Origin: an uncultured Chloroflexia bacterium
GTDB taxonomy: Bacteria > Chloroflexota > Anaerolineae > JAAYZQ01
Direction: 5' to 3'
Assembly: GCA_963700285.1 (NCBI GenBank)
Contig: CAVOXA010000001.1
Location: 1,120,001-1,184,000 of the forward strand
DNA length: 64,000 nucleotides
The translations under genes were made by a program, and so were the position numbers. Each line of letters opens with the position of its first letter. The stretch's first letter is position 1. The notes under the pieces were generated by a model. It saw only the letters and a list, made by a program, of their open reading frames with translations, had not been told where the DNA came from and made no database searches. Of this stretch, positions 59,401 to 64,000 are shown piece by piece.

Positions 59401-62400
59401 ATGACCAGCCCTTCTGATAAAGCCGGCGACTACCAGCCAACACCTGCACGATTGGTGTTGTGCTTTCTTGGCCCACCCCAAGTTCTTCTGGATGGAGAGG
59501 TGGTACTGGGCCAGCGAGCTCAAAAGCCTTTGGCCTTGCTGGCCTACCTGGCCCGGCAGGCGGATCGCCCCCATCCGCGCGGCGCACTCGCCGCGCTCTT
59601 TTGGCCCAACAAGCCCGAGAAGCGCGCCCTGCAGGATCTGCGGCAAACGCTGGCTCGACTGCGCGCCGCGATAGGAGATCGCGCGCCATCAGGAGATCGC
59701 GCGCCATCTGATGATGGCGCTGCGACTTTCCCCTATCTGCTCGTCGATTCCCAGTCGGTCCAATTCAACCGCCAGAGCGATTACTGGTTGGATGTGAAAG
59801 TATTTGAGGAATTGGTGGCCACGACCGAAGATCACCGCCATCGACGCTTGGATGCTTGCCTCACCTGCGCGGCGCGCCTTTCCGAGGCTGCCCAAGTCTA
59901 CAAAGGGGAGTTTCTGGCCAGCCTGCATCCCGCGGGAAGCCCGGCTCTGGACGAATGGCTGCTGATCCAGCGAGAACAACTGCAGCAGCGCGCCTGCGTC
60001 ATGCTCCACGCCCTGGCTGTTGCTCACCTGGCGCGGGGTGAAGCCGATGTGGCCCGGGACTATTGCCGGAGGTGGCTGCGCCTGGATCCCTGGAACGAGG
60101 TGGCCCAACGGCTCATGTTGCGCGCCATCTCAATAGAGGAGGGGCGCAACGCGGCTCTGAATCACTATCGGACCTTTAGAGCGGATCTGGCCTGTGAACT
60201 GGGAGTCGAGCCCGAAGATGCAACCCTCGCCCTCGTCGACCAGATGGGGGCTGATGCACCGGCTGGTATGGAGCCTCACCTTCCCTTTGGGTCTTTGTCA
60301 GCGCCGGCAACACCCTTTGTCGGACGCGACGCGGAGTTGGCACGGGTCTCCGACTACCTGGCGGGCCAAGATCAGCGCCTAATCACCCTCTACGGCCCCG
60401 GTGGAAGTGGAAAATCACGGCTGGCGCTGGAAGTTGCAGCAATGCAGGCGTCCCTGTGGCGAGATGGTGTGTGGTTCGTTCCCCTGGCCAGTGTGCCAGC
60501 CGCCCGGGCAGTGGTGGACACGCTTGCCTCCGCGCTGAACTTCAGGGTGAGCGGCGATTCGATGCAGGCCGCCCACTTGCTGGATTTTCTGGCTTCCAGG
60601 GAGCTACTGCTGGTTCTGGATAGCTTTGAGCATTTGCTGGATTGTGCGTACCTGTTGCGAGATGTTCTGCGTTCTGCTCCACGGGTCAAGGTCCTGCTGA
60701 CTTCCCGCGCCCGGCTAGGGCTGCCCGAGGAGTGGGCGGTCGAAGTGCTGGGCTTGGACATGCCGTCTGAGCCTCAGCCGACGCTCTTGCAGGCGCAGGA
60801 GCATGCGGCAGTCCGGCTCTTCCTCAACAGTGTTCAGAGGGTGGATCCTGCTTTTGCCCTCTCCCCGGACAACCTGTCTCATATCGTCTACATTTGCCGG
60901 CGCGTTGCCGGCCTGCCGCTGGGTATCGAACTGGCCGCCGCCTGGGCGCGTCTTATCCCTTGCCATAAAATCGCTGAGGAGATGGAAGAGAGCCTGGACT
61001 TTCTCCAGAATCCGGATGACAGTACCGCTGGGCGGCATCGCAGTCTGCGGGCGACCTTTGAATACTCGTACAGGTTGCTGTCAGAAACGCAGCAGGCCGA
61101 GTTTCGGAAGCTATCCGTATTTCGTGGTGGCTGTTCGGCGGAGGGCGCCCATCGAGTTGCCGGGATCAGCCCAGCCGTTCTGATTTGTCTGGCAGACCGG
61201 TCTTTGCTCCAGATTTCGCCTTCCCGTCGCGTGGACATGCACCCCACCCTGCAAGAGTATGCGACGGAGAAGCTGGCCGAGCACCCAGAAGAAGAGGCCG
61301 CAATAAGAGAATCTCACGGTCGCTTCTACCTGTCGTTCCTCCGTACAAAAGAGAACGCGCTCCGTGGAGAGAGTCCCCAAGGGGCTCAGAGTGAGATCGA
61401 CAATGAGTTGGGCAATGTCCGCGAAGCATGGCGGTGGGCCGTAGATGGGGCTGAGTTTGAGGAGTTGGGATCGAGTGCTGCGGCCCTGTCGCGTTACTAT
61501 GACCTCCGAGGGCCCATCCAGGAAGCGGAAGCGGTTTTCGGTGAGGCTGCACAGCGACTGCTGACGCTCGCCCCGGGGACGAACGGGGTGCAGGCGATCG
61601 CATGTCGCTTGCTCACCGAGCAGGCGCGTTTCTTGCTCCAGGGCGGGGACTATGCCCGGACTACTGAGGTGGCCACGGCGGCTGCAGCGCGAGCTCGCAC
61701 GGCTGGGGAGACGCTCTGCGAGGCAACTGTACGCTATATCGAAGGTGAAGCGCTATGGCGCCAGGGCGACTATATGACGGCGCGGGTTGAGCTGGAAGGC
61801 GCCCTGGATCTGAGCCGGAAGGAGCAGGCAACCGAAACAGACCGCCGTGCGGCACGGGAAGTTGAGACTTGGACGCTGGCAAGCCTGGGAGCGGCATGCT
61901 GGATCAACAGAGACCGTGAACAGGGCCAATGCTACCTGCAGCAGGCTCTGGAGATCGCTCAGGCTGACAACAACGTACGGGAGCAGTCCAAGTTGCTGGC
62001 AAACCTGGGTGTGTGCGCGGTTGAGCAGGGGAACTATGCGCAGGCCCACGACCTGCTCCAACAGTCTTTGCTCATCCGGCAATCGATGGGCGACCGTAGG
62101 GGTGAAAGCCTAACCCTGGGAAACCTGGGGAATATTTGGCTATACCTGGGGGCCTATGTGCAGGCCAAAGCTCACTATCAGCAGGCCCTCCACATCCAGC
62201 GCGAGATAGGCGCCCGGAACGACCAGGCGTTGTCGCTGGGCAACCTTGGCTTGGTCCATCACTATCTTGGAGAGAACGCAGCGGCAAGGGATCTCTGCCG
62301 CCGGGCGCTTAGAATCGGACAGGAGACTGGTGAGCGTCGAACGGAAGGCGCGCTGTGGATGAAGCTGGGACATGCCCTGGAGGCACTGGGGCAGCATGAC

Positions 62401-62796
62401 AGCGCTGCCAGGGCCTATCAGGAATCGCATGATCTGCGTCGTGAGATGGGCTGGCACGATGTAGCAATGGAACCTCTGGCCGGTTTGGCCCAGGTGGCGA
62501 TGGCCCAGGGTAGGCTGGATCGGGCCCAGGAATACGTCGAAGTGATCTGGACGCATTTGCAGGACGGCACGCTCAACGGTACGGTGTCCCCGTTCCAAGT
62601 GTACCTGACCTGCTACCATCTTTTTGAGGCGATCAAGGATCCGCGTGCCCACCAGATCTTGGAGCAAGCCCATAGAGATCTACAGGAAAGAGCCGCAAGG
62701 ATTGCGGATGTTGAGATGCAGTGGTCCTTCCTGGAAAACGTACGGCCCCATCGCGAGATCATTCGTGAACTTGCCTTGCTGAACGGGGCCGCCTAG
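59401..62796 (+). CDS. SARP/AfsR-like regulator (wHTH-BTAD-ATPase-TPR)
   Basis: FLGPPQV...LLAYLA, LDPWNE...LMLRA...ELGVEP (BTAD), GPGGSGKSRL, LVLDSFEHL, GLPLGIELAAAW, TPR repeats. Confidence 0.93.
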   Translation: MTSPSDKAGDYQPTPARLVLCFLGPPQVLLDGEVVLGQRAQKPLALLAYLARQADRPHPRGALAALFWPNKPEKRALQDLRQTLARLRAAIGDRAPSGDRAPSDDGAATFPYLLVDSQSVQFNRQSDYWLDVKVFEELVATTEDHRHRRLDACLTCAARLSEAAQVYKGEFLASLHPAGSPALDEWLLIQREQLQQRACVMLHALAVAHLARGEADVARDYCRRWLRLDPWNEVAQRLMLRAISIEEGRNAALNHYRTFRADLACELGVEPEDATLALVDQMGADAPAGMEPHLPFGSLSAPATPFVGRDAELARVSDYLAGQDQRLITLYGPGGSGKSRLALEVAAMQASLWRDGVWFVPLASVPAARAVVDTLASALNFRVSGDSMQAAHLLDFLASRELLLVLDSFEHLLDCAYLLRDVLRSAPRVKVLLTSRARLGLPEEWAVEVLGLDMPSEPQPTLLQAQEHAAVRLFLNSVQRVDPAFALSPDNLSHIVYICRRVAGLPLGIELAAAWARLIPCHKIAEEMEESLDFLQNPDDSTAGRHRSLRATFEYSYRLLSETQQAEFRKLSVFRGGCSAEGAHRVAGISPAVLICLADRSLLQISPSRRVDMHPTLQEYATEKLAEHPEEEAAIRESHGRFYLSFLRTKENALRGESPQGAQSEIDNELGNVREAWRWAVDGAEFEELGSSAAALSRYYDLRGPIQEAEAVFGEAAQRLLTLAPGTNGVQAIACRLLTEQARFLLQGGDYARTTEVATAAAARARTAGETLCEATVRYIEGEALWRQGDYMTARVELEGALDLSRKEQATETDRRAAREVETWTLASLGAACWINRDREQGQCYLQQALEIAQADNNVREQSKLLANLGVCAVEQGNYAQAHDLLQQSLLIRQSMGDRRGESLTLGNLGNIWLYLGAYVQAKAHYQQALHIQREIGARNDQALSLGNLGLVHHYLGENAAARDLCRRALRIGQETGERRTEGALWMKLGHALEALGQHDSAARAYQESHDLRREMGWHDVAMEPLAGLAQVAMAQGRLDRAQEYVEVIWTHLQDGTLNGTVSPFQVYLTCYHLFEAIKDPRAHQILEQAHRDLQERAARIADVEMQWSFLENVRPHREIIRELALLNGAA

Positions 62797-63472
62797 CCCC
62801 CAAGCTCCCTATTCTCCCGCCAGCCCCTGACCCACCACTTGGCGTGGGGCATGCCGCATGCCAGGGCCGCCTGGACCAGGACGGCGCTGTCGAAGGATGT
62901 GCGCCGAAACTCGATTCGCAGATCGCCAGCCGGGCAGCTCACCAGTGCATACTCGGCCCAGGACGGATTGCGAACCTTCCCGGTCGAGGGATCAGGTACG
63001 ATGGGTTGCCCAACGCAGCCAGGGTCGATCAGCGTTCGGCCCCCGAAGCGACGTAGCATTTGAGTGTGGGTGTGCCCGCCGGCCATCACTGTGGCCTGGC
63101 AGCCTGAAAGCAGAGAAGGTTCTCGCCCCCGCCGAGTGGAATCTCGACGAGTGGCCGGAACGAACCTATTTGATCCAGGTCAGAAGGCGAGAGCTGGCGC
63201 ACAGCCCAGAGTTCTACCTCGTAGAACCGGTGCGAGTCCTCGTCTCTTTGCTCAAAGGGCTGAGGGTCCAACGCCCAGGCATCGGTGTTGCCCATGACGA
63301 CTGGGCAGCCCAGTTCCCTCAAGATGGCGAGTACCTGCCGCGGCTGTGGGCCAAAGAGGGCCACGTCGCCCAGGCAGACTATCTCGTCAACGCCCTCCGC
63401 ATTAAGCTCGGCGAGGACCGCCTCCAGGGCCGGAAGATTGCCGTGGATGTCGGAAATCAGAGCGATTTTCAT
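62793..63472 (-). CDS. Metallophosphoesterase, frameshifted near 63100
   Basis: ISDIHGN, CLGD, MGNTD, GHTH, DPGCVG. Confidence 0.85.
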
Positions 63473-63553
63473 TTCTTTTCTTCGCTAGAGACAAGACCTG
63501 ACAGAGCCTATGCCCAGCATCCGCTCTGTCAGGTCTGACTGAGGCATGAAGGG

Positions 63554-64000
63554 TCAGACCCGCACCAGAGCGTGAAAAGTCGGCATGAAAGCCAGGCGCG
63601 CCCCTGATTCAATGGCGGCCCGGTCAGCCTCCTTAAGGCGGGCCAGTTCGTCCGACGGTATCATGCCTGCCAGCGACCGATCCCAGAGTGCCCACTCGGC
63701 GTCGAACTCGGCGCACAAGGTGACCAGGTCCCACAAGCCGTGGATGACGCCCACGTCGGCGTCCCGAACCCCGGGCAGGGCAAACAGCTCCCGGAGCTTG
63801 CGGCCCATGAACGGGTCAGCACCCTCGCTGCGCAAAGCCTCCGCCTGCCAGCGGCCAATGGGCAGTTCTGGATGGTCAATGCGACCGCCATAGTCGGGCT
63901 CGGCACAGACCAGTACGGTGCCGCCGGGCCGGGTCACGCGAACCATCTCCTGCGCCGCCCGAGCGGGGTCGCGGCACCACAGCAACAAGAAATGACAGGC
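63554..64000 (-). CDS. Class I SAM-dependent methyltransferase, 5' partial
   Basis: HFLLLW..DP...EMVRVTRPGG..V.AEPDY. Confidence 0.8.
   Translation of the reverse strand, partial: ACHFLLLWCRDPARAAQEMVRVTRPGGTVLVCAEPDYGGRIDHPELPIGRWQAEALRSEGADPFMGRKLRELFALPGVRDADVGVIHGLWDLVTLCAEFDAEWALWDRSLAGMIPSDELARLKEADRAAIESGARLAFMPTFHALVRV

Noticed and set aside
59673-59708. 18-bp tandem duplication (GDRAPS x2) in the SARP gene
   Set aside because: A small in-frame loop duplication with no evidence of function.
63486-63535. GACA...TGACA words resembling the SARP box
   Set aside because: 10-bp rather than 11-bp period and no correctly spaced -10.

Overview
GC-rich bacterial window, probably Chloroflexota (Anaerolineae-like), inferred from C-terminal 'YLPL' secreted proteins, STAND-WD40 and SARP-ATPase-TPR regulators, and NHLP-clan precursors. 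Many otherwise intact genes are broken by single-base frameshifts, which looks like long-read indel error. The main finding is an intact minus-strand RiPP cluster at 37.4-47.9 kb. It encodes an RRE/PqqD-fused M50 peptidase, a class-I isoprenoid-synthase-fold (ComQ-like) enzyme, four paralogous 76-78 aa precursors with a conserved leader ending LD(E/D)RL(S/T)K and Trp-containing cores, and four paralogous B12-dependent radical SAM enzymes. Each precursor is followed by a homologous stem-loop. Downstream and co-directional are a pepsin-like protease, an acyltransferase and a DUF333-fused DPP-IV. A second finding is an identical SARP-type direct repeat (TGTCACGC-TTT-TGTCACGC), exactly 8 bp upstream of a -10 box, in front of two secreted-protein operons 28 kb apart; one operon is divergent from a SARP/BTAD-ATPase-TPR regulator. 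The window also holds a GH63-otsA-GT4-otsB operon, giant FG-GAP/beta-helix surface proteins, a csp-RRM pair, transporters and gene debris. All family assignments come from motif recognition by eye; no database searches were run.
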